From an uncultured Anaerolineae bacterium (lineage in GTDB: Bacteria > Chloroflexota > Anaerolineae > SSC4 > Amarolineaceae), in the NCBI GenBank assembly GCA_964642445.1, contig CAZXQZ010000004.1, positions 1-46,136 on the forward strand: a stretch of DNA of 46,136 nt. Direction: 5' to 3'. Position numbers and translations under genes: made by a program. The notes beneath the pieces are model-generated. The model was not told the DNA's origin. It did no database searches and saw nothing but the letters and a program-made list of their open reading frames with translations. Positions 7,871 through 16,094 of the stretch are shown piece by piece. Numbering within the stretch: the stretch's first letter is position 1; the number at the start of each line of letters is the position of its first letter.

Positions 7871-9217
7871 TTAAGATGTCGGCGAAGTTGGAGGATCTGA
7901 TCCGATTGGCAGCACGTCCGGCACGTCCGGCCGCGCAAGTGGCGACCCAGGCGGCAGGGTCGAGGGGATGGATTCGTGAACATCCGCTGGCGTGCCGGCG
8001 AACAGCCGATGCCAGCGCGGCGGCGGGCGCGCGGCACTGGGCGGCGGGGGCGGGAAAGGTTCGCGATCCAGGATCTTGGCATAGGCATAACCACCAATCA
8101 CCCGCACCGACGCCAGCACAGGCGCCGCCAAAAAGGCACCCAAGATGCCCGCCTGGGTGGCACCCACGATGACGCCAGCCAGAATCACCAACGGGTGCAG
8201 GTTTACGCTTTGCCCAATAATGCGTGGAACGAAGTAGTTATTTTCGATCTGCTGCACGATGACGTAGATCGCCAGCGTGATCAGCATGAACGTCGGGTTG
8301 GAAACGGGCAGCGTCGATGATCCCTGGAAGAGAGCCACCAACAGAGCCGGTATCATCGCCAGGATGGGGCCCAGGTTGGGCACGATTTCCAATACACCGG
8401 CCAGCAGACCCAACAAAAAAGCACCCGGCATGCCGATGATGGCCATCGAGATGGTAATCGTGAACCCCACCACGAGGCTCAAAATGAGCTGGCCACGAAA
8501 AAAGGCCTGCCAGATCAGTCCAACGCGGGTGGCCAGTTCCTGGTATTCGGGCTGGTAATGACCAGGAATCTTGCTGTCAAACCATTGGCGGATACCCGGC
8601 GCATCTTTTACCATGTAAAACGAATAGACCAGCGTGAGCAGCAGGGCAAACAGACCGGTGAAGATGCCGGAAGCGACCCCACCCGCAATCCCCAACACTG
8701 TCGTCGCCGAACCCAGGGCGCTGGTGATCGTGGCGACCAGGTCTGTACCGGAGGAAGGCTGGCTAATCTGCATCTGAGCAATGCTCGACGAGACGTAATC
8801 ATACCAGGGCTGCAGGTCGATCTCCAGGCCAAAGAGACTCATGGCAGGGTAACGTTCCGGAAAACTGGCCACCCACTGCGTCAAGTCCAGGTAGATGTCA
8901 TTCCAGCGAATGTCGATCGTGCCAATCTGCTGTACGATGACCGGGACCAGGATGACCGGCGTCATGATCAGGGTGATGATCACCGCCAGATAGGCCAGAA
9001 TGGTTGCCAGGCCACGTGGCAGGCGCCGGGCCAGGCGGTCGACGACCGGATGAATCAGATAGGCCAGGATCGCAGCCATGACCAGGTTGGGTATGACCGA
9101 GCGACTGATATAGAACAACACAATGCCACCGATGACCACACCAATCAGGACGATGCGTTTGAGATTGGTGTCCCACCGGGTAGAGTTACTGGCGGTTGGC
9201 AGATTTGCATTGCCCAT
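7871..9217 (-). CDS. AI-2E family transporter (PerM/TqsA-like) with Pro-rich C-terminal tail
   Basis: Multiple transmembrane helices and the family-typical length. Start taken at MGNANLP, preceded by GGAAGGGG. The longer ORF would start at 9268. The ~70-aa C-terminal tail is rich in Pro. Confidence 0.7.
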   Translation of the reverse strand: MGNANLPTASNSTRWDTNLKRIVLIGVVIGGIVLFYISRSVIPNLVMAAILAYLIHPVVDRLARRLPRGLATILAYLAVIITLIMTPVILVPVIVQQIGTIDIRWNDIYLDLTQWVASFPERYPAMSLFGLEIDLQPWYDYVSSSIAQMQISQPSSGTDLVATITSALGSATTVLGIAGGVASGIFTGLFALLLTLVYSFYMVKDAPGIRQWFDSKIPGHYQPEYQELATRVGLIWQAFFRGQLILSLVVGFTITISMAIIGMPGAFLLGLLAGVLEIVPNLGPILAMIPALLVALFQGSSTLPVSNPTFMLITLAIYVIVQQIENNYFVPRIIGQSVNLHPLVILAGVIVGATQAGILGAFLAAPVLASVRVIGGYAYAKILDREPFPPPPPSAARPPPRWHRLFAGTPADVHESIPSTLPPGSPLARPDVPDVLPIGSDPPTSPTS

Positions 9218-9249
9218 GACGCACCCCTTCCGTCGTGATACGCCGGCGC

Positions 9250-10329
9250 TTATTCCAACGTCGACCACACCGCAAGTTTGGTGCGTGTGCGGCGAATGAC
9301 CTCGTTCGTAAAATCGGTCGTGCTGGCGGTGCCGCGCAGGTCGGCGGTACGTAGACCATCGTAGACGGCCTCGAGCGTGGCCTCGGCGATGGCACGCGCT
9401 GCGGCACTGGCTGCCGCCGTGCCGAAGAAACGCAGCAGCGAGGCCGCCGCCAGGATCATGGCCATCGGGTTGGCCACGTTTTTGCCGTACAAGGAGGGGG
9501 CCGTGCCGTGAGGGGCTTCCGCCATCACCACCCGCGGCTCGTACCGGTCGTCCACGGCCAGCAGGAGCGATTCGGCACCCGCGATCGAGCCGAACATCTG
9601 CAGAACCAGGTCCGACATGCAGTCGCCGTCGCGGTTGAGGGTCGGAATGATCAACGGCTCGCCGCTGGTCGTCAGCAGCAGGGCGTAGGTGGCATCGATC
9701 AACTGGGGGTTGTAGCGCACGTCGGCGTATCGCGCCGCTGCCGCGTCCATCTCTTCTTTGAGCATTCCCTCATACACGGGACTGACCGTGTACTTGGGCC
9801 CACCAAAGACAGTGGCCCGGTTCTTGCGTGCCAGCTGAAAGGCAATCTCACTCACCGCACGACAGACGCGCCGGCTGATGCTCTCGGTGCGAAAGGCCAG
9901 CTCATCACCGTCCGGCGTCTGTTCGCGCCACTCGCGCGCATCGTACGCGTCACCGACGGCCATACGAACCACCGAGATCGGGGCATACAGGCCGCCGATG
10001 GGCGCGACACCGGGGATGCGCCGTCCCGTGCGAATGATGACGGAGCCATCGATCTCGCGCCGCAGGATGGCGTTGGGGCTGCCAACGTCACCCGGTTCCT
10101 CGGGGGTGATCGTGGCAGCTTTGATGCCCAACCCCGTCTCACGCATGGCCGCCGCCGCTTCGTAGACGACCTGGTTCTGTGTCCGGCGCCGGTTCTCCAG
10201 ACTCAAGTCGAAGGTACGAAACGCCGTCGGGACACCGGTGACCGCCGGATCCATGACACACAGTGCCTGATCGAGCAGCTCCTGACCTGTCTGGTCACCC
10301 TGCAAGACAACGACCTCGTGCGGTTGCAT
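9250..10329 (-). CDS. icd: isocitrate dehydrogenase (NADP-dependent, subfamily II-like) of the isocitrate/isopropylmalate dehydrogenase family
   Basis: VVVLQGDQTGQEL and GIKAATITPEE align to eukaryote-type IDH VVEMQGDEMTRII and GVKCATITPDE. NRDGDCMSD..FGSIAG aligns to NYDGDVQSD..GYGSLG. Start chosen at MQPHEVV. The ORF extends to 10392. Confidence 0.6.
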   Translation of the reverse strand: MQPHEVVVLQGDQTGQELLDQALCVMDPAVTGVPTAFRTFDLSLENRRRTQNQVVYEAAAAMRETGLGIKAATITPEEPGDVGSPNAILRREIDGSVIIRTGRRIPGVAPIGGLYAPISVVRMAVGDAYDAREWREQTPDGDELAFRTESISRRVCRAVSEIAFQLARKNRATVFGGPKYTVSPVYEGMLKEEMDAAAARYADVRYNPQLIDATYALLLTTSGEPLIIPTLNRDGDCMSDLVLQMFGSIAGAESLLLAVDDRYEPRVVMAEAPHGTAPSLYGKNVANPMAMILAAASLLRFFGTAAASAAARAIAEATLEAVYDGLRTADLRGTASTTDFTNEVIRRTRTKLAVWSTLE

Positions 10330-10516
10330 AGACTTGCCTCGTGAAGGTTCGTATCCCCCCGACAACCGAACCACAAACTCTGACGCTCCCAAGCGGGATC
10401 ACACCGTCGGAAGGACTGCTATAGTGTGCAGATAACTTTAACCCAATCCGAATATGCTGTCAAGTCATTTCGCTGGACGGCGCGTGCCTTTGTCCAATCG
10501 CCGGATATCGAGTAGA

Positions 10517-11767
10517 ATGCCCCTCAGTGCTCGACCCGGCGCCGGGCATGGATGTCAAAATTGGCCGCAGCGAGAAATCACGGTTGTGTCGGTTGCCCTA
10601 GTTCACGATTGGCTGAACCAAATCGGTGGCGCAGAGAATGTCCTGGAATCATTGGCCCGGATGAATCCCAGCGCACCCATTTACACCAGCATGTACTGGC
10701 CGGCACTGAATGCCCAGCGCCCGGCTTTTGCCGGCTGGGATATCCGCACCTCGTTCATGCAGCACCTGCCTGGGGTGCTGCGCCACCACCAATGGTACTT
10801 ACCGCTCTATCCCCTTGCGTTCGAGCAGTTCGACCTCAATGCCTACGAGCTGGTGGTGAGCAACAAGAGCGGTTTCTGCCACGGCGTGCTCACCGGACCG
10901 GAAACCTGCCACATCTGCTACTGCCTGACGCCCACCCGCTTCATCTGGAGCTTCGACAGTTACGCACAGCGCGAGGAAGGTGTCGGCCGCGCCCTGGGTA
11001 TCCTCCTGCGGCCTGTCATCAGTTATCTGCGCCTGTGGGACCGCCAGGCCGCGGACCGTGTCGATCACTTCATAGCCATCTCGCGCACCGTGCAGCAGCG
11101 TATCATCAAATACTACCGGCGCCAGAGCGAGATCATCTACCCACCGGTCGACACGGACCGCTTCGTGCCCAGCACGCGTGCGCCCGGCGACTATTTTCTG
11201 GCCGGGGGGCGCTTGATTCCGTACAAGCGGCTGGACCTGGCGGTACGGGCGTTCACCGAGCTGGGCCTGCCGCTCGTGGTGTACGGCGAGGGACGCGATG
11301 CCGCCAGCCTGAAGGCCGCTGCAGGACCCAACATCACTTTCCTTGGCCAGGTGTCCTGGGATCAGCTGGTCGATCTATTTCAGCACTGCCGCGCGTTCGT
11401 GTTTCCCGGCCTGGAGGATTTTGGCATTGCCCCAGTCGAGGCCCAGGCGACCGGCCGCCCCGTGGTTGCCTTCGCCGGCGGTGGATCGCTGGATACAGTC
11501 ATCGATGGCGTCACCGGGGTGCTGTTCCACGAACAGACCGCGGCTTCCCTGGTTGCCGCGGTTGAACGCTGTGCCGCAACATCTTGGGATTCACGTATGA
11601 TCCGGCAGCATGCCTTGCGTTTCAGCGAACAGCGCTTCTGCCGTGAGTTGGAGGATTATGTCGCCCAGCAGCTCGACCGTCATCGCGCAGAACGGCGTGC
11701 GGCCCGGCTGCCGCTGACCGTCGGTAACTCGGTTCCAGCGTCAGGCCATCTCGAGGGGGCTGAGTAA
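10517..11767 (+). CDS. glycosyltransferase family 4 (GT-B)
   Basis: N-terminal VALVHDWL motif. C-terminal EDFGIAPVEAQATGRPVVA, an E-x7-E-like motif. The start is uncertain, with candidates at 10454, 10517 and a GTG at 10586. Confidence 0.7.
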   Translation: MPLSARPGAGHGCQNWPQREITVVSVALVHDWLNQIGGAENVLESLARMNPSAPIYTSMYWPALNAQRPAFAGWDIRTSFMQHLPGVLRHHQWYLPLYPLAFEQFDLNAYELVVSNKSGFCHGVLTGPETCHICYCLTPTRFIWSFDSYAQREEGVGRALGILLRPVISYLRLWDRQAADRVDHFIAISRTVQQRIIKYYRRQSEIIYPPVDTDRFVPSTRAPGDYFLAGGRLIPYKRLDLAVRAFTELGLPLVVYGEGRDAASLKAAAGPNITFLGQVSWDQLVDLFQHCRAFVFPGLEDFGIAPVEAQATGRPVVAFAGGGSLDTVIDGVTGVLFHEQTAASLVAAVERCAATSWDSRMIRQHALRFSEQRFCRELEDYVAQQLDRHRAERRAARLPLTVGNSVPASGHLEGAE

Positions 11768-11773
11768 CCACCT

Positions 11774-12478
11774 ATGGAACTTCGACACTACTGGCACATC
11801 ATACGCCGCCGTTGGTGGCTTCCGCTGGGCCTGGTCCTGCTCGTTGGTTTGTTCAGCCTGGTTAGCCAGCGCCCCTGGGTATCCCCGCCTACGAACTATA
11901 CGGCAACCCTGCGCTTCAACGTGGGCCTGCAGCCCGAGCCACGCACGGCCGATTATTACACCTACGACCGCTATTACACCTGGCTGGGTTCGGAATATTT
12001 GATCGATGACCTGAGTGAGATCGTCAAAGGCAGCGCGTTTGCCGAAGCCGTCACTGAACGGCTGGCCGGCAGTGGGTTGGCCGTGCCACCTGGCGCGATC
12101 CAGGGCAGCACCCAGGCCGGCAAACTGCACCGTATCCTGACTGTGAGCACCAGCTGGGGCAACCTGGACGAACTGCAGCGCATGACACAGGCGATCAGCG
12201 AAACGATTCAATCGGACCTGTTGCGCTTTTACGGCGCGCTGCTGACGACCACCCCCGGGTCTGTCCCCATCGAGGCCATCCTGATCGATGGTCCCCACGT
12301 CGGGGCCAACAGCCCCGGCCTGCGGGAACGCCTGGACCTGCCGATTCGTCTGATCCTTGCCTTGCTGCTGGGGATCGGCTTGACGTTCTTGTTCGACTAC
12401 CTGGACCCACACGTGCGCGGACGGACCGACCTGGAGGCGATGGGGTTCACCGTCATTGGCGAAATCCCCCGGCGTTAG
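11774..12478 (+). CDS. polysaccharide chain-length determinant, CapA/Wzz-like (paralog 1)
   Basis: An N-terminal transmembrane helix follows MELRHYWHIIRRR. A C-terminal transmembrane helix precedes the cytoplasmic tail. This is the Firmicute CapA/YwqC topology. Confidence 0.6.
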   Translation: MELRHYWHIIRRRWWLPLGLVLLVGLFSLVSQRPWVSPPTNYTATLRFNVGLQPEPRTADYYTYDRYYTWLGSEYLIDDLSEIVKGSAFAEAVTERLAGSGLAVPPGAIQGSTQAGKLHRILTVSTSWGNLDELQRMTQAISETIQSDLLRFYGALLTTTPGSVPIEAILIDGPHVGANSPGLRERLDLPIRLILALLLGIGLTFLFDYLDPHVRGRTDLEAMGFTVIGEIPRR

Positions 12479-12526
12479 GCACTGTCGCCAAACCGCTGCC
12501 CTGTCCAGCGCGCAGCAACCGAGCGC

Positions 12527-12554
12527 TTGTATTTTGGCCGGTGTATGGTAGAAT
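12527..12554 (+). promoter_or_regulatory. sigma70-like promoter (TTGTAT-16-TAGAAT, extended TG)
   Basis: -35 TTGTAT at 12527-12532 and -10 TGgTAGAAT at 12549-12554. It is followed by an SD (AGAGGGAG) and the ATG at 12584. Confidence 0.35.
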
Positions 12555-12583
12555 GACCGGTCTAGAGGGAGTAGACGTATCGT

Positions 12584-13246
12584 ATGGAACTACGAGATTA
12601 CCTGCGCATCCTGCGCAAACGCGGCTGGATCATCATTGCCGTCGCGTTGGTGGCGGCGCTGGCAGCTTACGCATTCAGCCTGACCCAGACCAAAATCTAC
12701 CGCGCCACCGCCAGGGTGAGCGTGGTGCCAGGCACACCCGACTGGGGTCTGGGCAACACCGCCAAGGACCTGCTGCGCAATTTTGTGATCAACATCGACA
12801 CGCACGACACAGCACAAAAGGTGATCGACCGCGCGCAGCTCGACATGACCACCTATGACTTGCTGGGGCGCACAGAAGTCAGCTCCGATGCGTCCAATTT
12901 TACGCTGCAGATCGATGCCCGCGATGAACGACCCGAAGTGGCGAAACAGGTCGCTTTGACCATGGCCGATATCTTCGTCGAAGAACGCACCGCCTACTAC
13001 AACCAGCAAGACAAACGCGATCGTATCGAAGTCAAAATCGTCGATCACGTGATCGATGCCCCGCTGTTTCGGCCCAACCCAGCCCTGAACGCCGTGGCCG
13101 GCCTGGTGCTGGGAGCGGTTTTGGGGGGCATCATCGTCTTTGTGCTCGAATGGCTGCAGGCAGACAAACTGCGCACACCCCAGGCCGTCGAACGTTACCT
13201 CGGCCTTCCCGTGCTCGGCGCCATCCCATCGGCCACGGAGCGCTGA
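12584..13246 (+). CDS. polysaccharide chain-length determinant, CapA/Wzz-like (paralog 2)
   Basis: Begins MELRDYLRILRKRGW with a transmembrane helix, and is clearly similar to the upstream paralog. A C-terminal transmembrane helix is present (LVLGAVLGGIIVFVL). Confidence 0.65.
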   Translation: MELRDYLRILRKRGWIIIAVALVAALAAYAFSLTQTKIYRATARVSVVPGTPDWGLGNTAKDLLRNFVINIDTHDTAQKVIDRAQLDMTTYDLLGRTEVSSDASNFTLQIDARDERPEVAKQVALTMADIFVEERTAYYNQQDKRDRIEVKIVDHVIDAPLFRPNPALNAVAGLVLGAVLGGIIVFVLEWLQADKLRTPQAVERYLGLPVLGAIPSATER

Positions 13247-13249
13247 AGC

Positions 13250-13942
13250 ATGCCAATCCAAAATCCAAAATCCAAAATCCAAAATCAAACAGTGTTGGTG
13301 ACCGTGGCTGATCCGCGCTCGCCGATTGCCGAAGCCTACCGCAGTCTGCGCACCAACCTCAGTTTTGCCAACCTGGACCAGACGCTGCATACGATCCTGG
13401 TGACATCGGCCGGGCCTGAGGAAGGTAAATCGACCGTGCTGGCCAACCTGGCCGTGGTCGAGGCGCAGGCCGGGCACCGCGTCATCATCGTCGATGCCGA
13501 TTTGCGCCGCCCAAGACAGCACGAACTGTTTGGCCTGGCCAACGGCGAGGGGCTGACCACGATGCTGGCCGAGGAAAACGGTCTGCAGCAGCCACCCCTG
13601 CAGCCGACCCCCATCGAGGGTCTGCAGGTCCTGACCAGCGGCCCACAACCACCGCTGCCGGCCGAGATGCTGGCGTCGGAGCGCATGAAGCATGCCATTG
13701 CGGCCCTGGCGGCACGGGCCGACCTGGTCCTGTTCGATGCGCCGCCGGTCGTCGCTGTGACGGACGCGGCCATCCTGGCCCCACAGGTCGATGGTGTGCT
13801 TTTGATCATCAACGCCGATCGCACACGGCGCGAACACGCACAGCGTGCGCAGCAGCTGCTGGCCAAGGTCAATGCACGGATCATCGGCAGTGTGCTCAAT
13901 GACGTCACGCCCGACAGCGGCCTGCGTGGCTACTACAAGTAG
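13250..13942 (+). CDS. BY-kinase (CapB/CpsD-type tyrosine protein kinase)
   Basis: Walker A SAGPEEGKST, Walker A' VIIVDADLRRP and Walker B LVLFDAPP. It lies in CapA-CapB order 3 nt after the upstream stop. Confidence 0.8.
   Translation: MPIQNPKSKIQNQTVLVTVADPRSPIAEAYRSLRTNLSFANLDQTLHTILVTSAGPEEGKSTVLANLAVVEAQAGHRVIIVDADLRRPRQHELFGLANGEGLTTMLAEENGLQQPPLQPTPIEGLQVLTSGPQPPLPAEMLASERMKHAIAALAARADLVLFDAPPVVAVTDAAILAPQVDGVLLIINADRTRREHAQRAQQLLAKVNARIIGSVLNDVTPDSGLRGYYK
13254..13281 (+). repeat. heptanucleotide tandem repeat (CCAAAAT)x4 inside the first codons of the BY-kinase
   Basis: A direct read gives CCAAAATCCAAAATCCAAAATCCAAAAT, coding PIQNPKSKIQNQ. A 7-nt unit shifts the frame on a copy-number change. 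Confidence 0.9.
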
Positions 13943-13954
13943 AGGATACAGCGT

Positions 13955-15028
13955 GTGAAAGGTCTGATTCTGAGCGGTGGCAAAGGCTCACGCCTCTATC
14001 CACTGACTTACACCAATGCGAAACAGCTCGTACCCGTGGCCAACAAGCCCGTTTTGTTTCGGGTCATCGAGGCCATCCGCGCCGCCGGCATCGACGACAT
14101 TGGGATCGTCGTCGGTACCGATGACAATGCACGCCAGATACGTGAGGCCGTAGGCAGCGGTCAACGCTGGGGCGTACACGTCCATTTCATCGAACAAGAA
14201 GCCCCGCTCGGCCTGGCCCATGCGGTCAAAATCAGCCAGGATTTTCTGCGGGATGACCGCTTCGTAATGTTCCTGGGTGACAACGTGATCCAGGGCGGGA
14301 TCAGCCCTCTGATTGCGCAGTTTGCCAGCAGCGCCTGGAACAGCCAGGTCGTCCTGACACCCGTGCCGGAACCACAGCACTTCGGCGTGGCCGAGCTAGA
14401 CAATGACGAGCGTATCATTCGGCTGGTCGAAAAGCCGCGCAACCCCCGCTCCAACCTGGCCCTGGTAGGCATCTACATGTTCGACCACCACGTCTTCGAG
14501 GCGGTGCAGCACATCCAGCCCTCGTGGCGCGGGGAGCTCGAGATCACCGATGCTATCCAATGGCTCATCGATCATCACTATAACGTTCATCCCTACATCC
14601 ATCGCGGTTGGTGGATCGATACAGGCAAACCGATCGATATGCTGGAAGCCAACAGCCGCGTGCTGGATGAAATCGAACATTCGGTGGCCGGGTACATCGA
14701 CCGCGATTCGCAGATTGGCGGCAAAGTCACGATCGAGCCGGGTGCCGAAATCATCAACAGCGTCATCCGTGGCCCGGCCATCATTGGCGAAGAGACGCGC
14801 ATCATCAACAGCTACATCGGCCCGTTCACCTCGATCTTCCACCACTGCGTCATCGAAGACAGCGAAATCGAGCACAGCATCGTCTTGGAGAACAGCCGGA
14901 TCGTGGGCATCCCCAACCGCATCGAAGACAGCCTGATCGGGCGTTTTGTCGAAGTGACACGCTCGCCTATCAAACCCAAGGCCATCAAGATGACGCTGGG
15001 TGATCACAGCCGTGTGGGCATCCTGTAG
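13955..15028 (+). CDS. glucose-1-phosphate thymidylyltransferase, long form (nucleotidyltransferase plus left-handed beta-helix C-domain)
   Basis: N-terminal GxGxRL sugar-nucleotidyltransferase motif (LILSGGKGSRLYPLT). C-terminal hexapeptide-repeat region (IEDSEIEHSIVLENSRIVGIPNRIEDSLIG). GTG start. Confidence 0.75.
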   Translation: MKGLILSGGKGSRLYPLTYTNAKQLVPVANKPVLFRVIEAIRAAGIDDIGIVVGTDDNARQIREAVGSGQRWGVHVHFIEQEAPLGLAHAVKISQDFLRDDRFVMFLGDNVIQGGISPLIAQFASSAWNSQVVLTPVPEPQHFGVAELDNDERIIRLVEKPRNPRSNLALVGIYMFDHHVFEAVQHIQPSWRGELEITDAIQWLIDHHYNVHPYIHRGWWIDTGKPIDMLEANSRVLDEIEHSVAGYIDRDSQIGGKVTIEPGAEIINSVIRGPAIIGEETRIINSYIGPFTSIFHHCVIEDSEIEHSIVLENSRIVGIPNRIEDSLIGRFVEVTRSPIKPKAIKMTLGDHSRVGIL

Positions 15029-15046
15029 CTGGGAAAGGTTCGACCG

Positions 15047-16066
15047 ATGCGCAACTACCTGATCACCGGTGGTGCCGGTTTCATTGGCTCCAATTTCGTA
15101 CGCTACCTGCTCGATAAATACCGCGACTTCTCGGTGGTGGTCTATGACAAACTGACCTATGCCGGCAACCTTGACAATCTGCTCGATGTCGCCGGGGACC
15201 CGCGTTACGCGTTCGTACAGGGCGACATCTGCGACGCCGGCGCGGTCGCCGCGGCGATTACCGGCCATCATATCGATACCATCGTCAACTTCGCCGCCGA
15301 ATCGCACGTCGATCGTTCGATCTTGAACCCCGACGCATTTGTTCAGACCGACGTGTACGGGACCTACGTGCTGCTGGAGGCGGCGCGCAAATTTGGTTTG
15401 GAACGTTACCACCAAATCAGCACCGATGAAGTCTACGGCCACGTGCACGAGGGGTCCTCCGTGGAAAGTGATCCGCTGGCGCCGCGTTCACCCTACGCGG
15501 CCAGCAAAGCCAGCGCCGACCTGATGGTCAACGCCTACTACATCACCTACGGCCTGCCAGTCACCATTACCCGCGGCTCCAACAACATTGGGCCCTACCA
15601 GTACCCGGAAAAGGTGATTCCCCTCTTCGTCACCAATGCCATCGACGACCGCCCGCTGCCGCTGTACGGTGATGGGCTGCAGATGCGCGATTACCAGTAT
15701 GTGCTGGATCACTGCGAAGGGATCGATGCGGTCGTGCAGCGTGGGACGCTCGGTGAAACGTACAACATCGGCACGGGCTCAGAGATGCGCAATATCGACA
15801 TGGCGCACCTGGTGCTGGACACCCTGGGCAAACCGTACAGCCTCATCCAGCCCGTGCAGGACCGGCCGGGCCACGACCGGCGCTATTCGTTGGACGTCAG
15901 CAAGCTGGAAGCGTTGGGCTGGCAATCGCGCCACACCTGCGCCGAGGCCATCGTCAAGACCGTGCGCTGGTACCAGGAGAATGCCTGGTGGTGGCGCAAG
16001 ATCAAGTCGGGCGAGCATTACCAGGCGTTCTACCAACGCTGGTATGCCGGGCGCGAAGTCGTTTGA
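15047..16066 (+). CDS. rfbB: dTDP-glucose 4,6-dehydratase
   Basis: N-terminal NAD Rossmann motif TGGAGFIGS. The catalytic YxxxK is in PYAASKAS. Full-length SDR-extended family, 339 aa. Confidence 0.85.
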   Translation: MRNYLITGGAGFIGSNFVRYLLDKYRDFSVVVYDKLTYAGNLDNLLDVAGDPRYAFVQGDICDAGAVAAAITGHHIDTIVNFAAESHVDRSILNPDAFVQTDVYGTYVLLEAARKFGLERYHQISTDEVYGHVHEGSSVESDPLAPRSPYAASKASADLMVNAYYITYGLPVTITRGSNNIGPYQYPEKVIPLFVTNAIDDRPLPLYGDGLQMRDYQYVLDHCEGIDAVVQRGTLGETYNIGTGSEMRNIDMAHLVLDTLGKPYSLIQPVQDRPGHDRRYSLDVSKLEALGWQSRHTCAEAIVKTVRWYQENAWWWRKIKSGEHYQAFYQRWYAGREVV

Positions 16067-16094
16067 CGTTTGCCCGGCCCGACCTTTGACGGCG

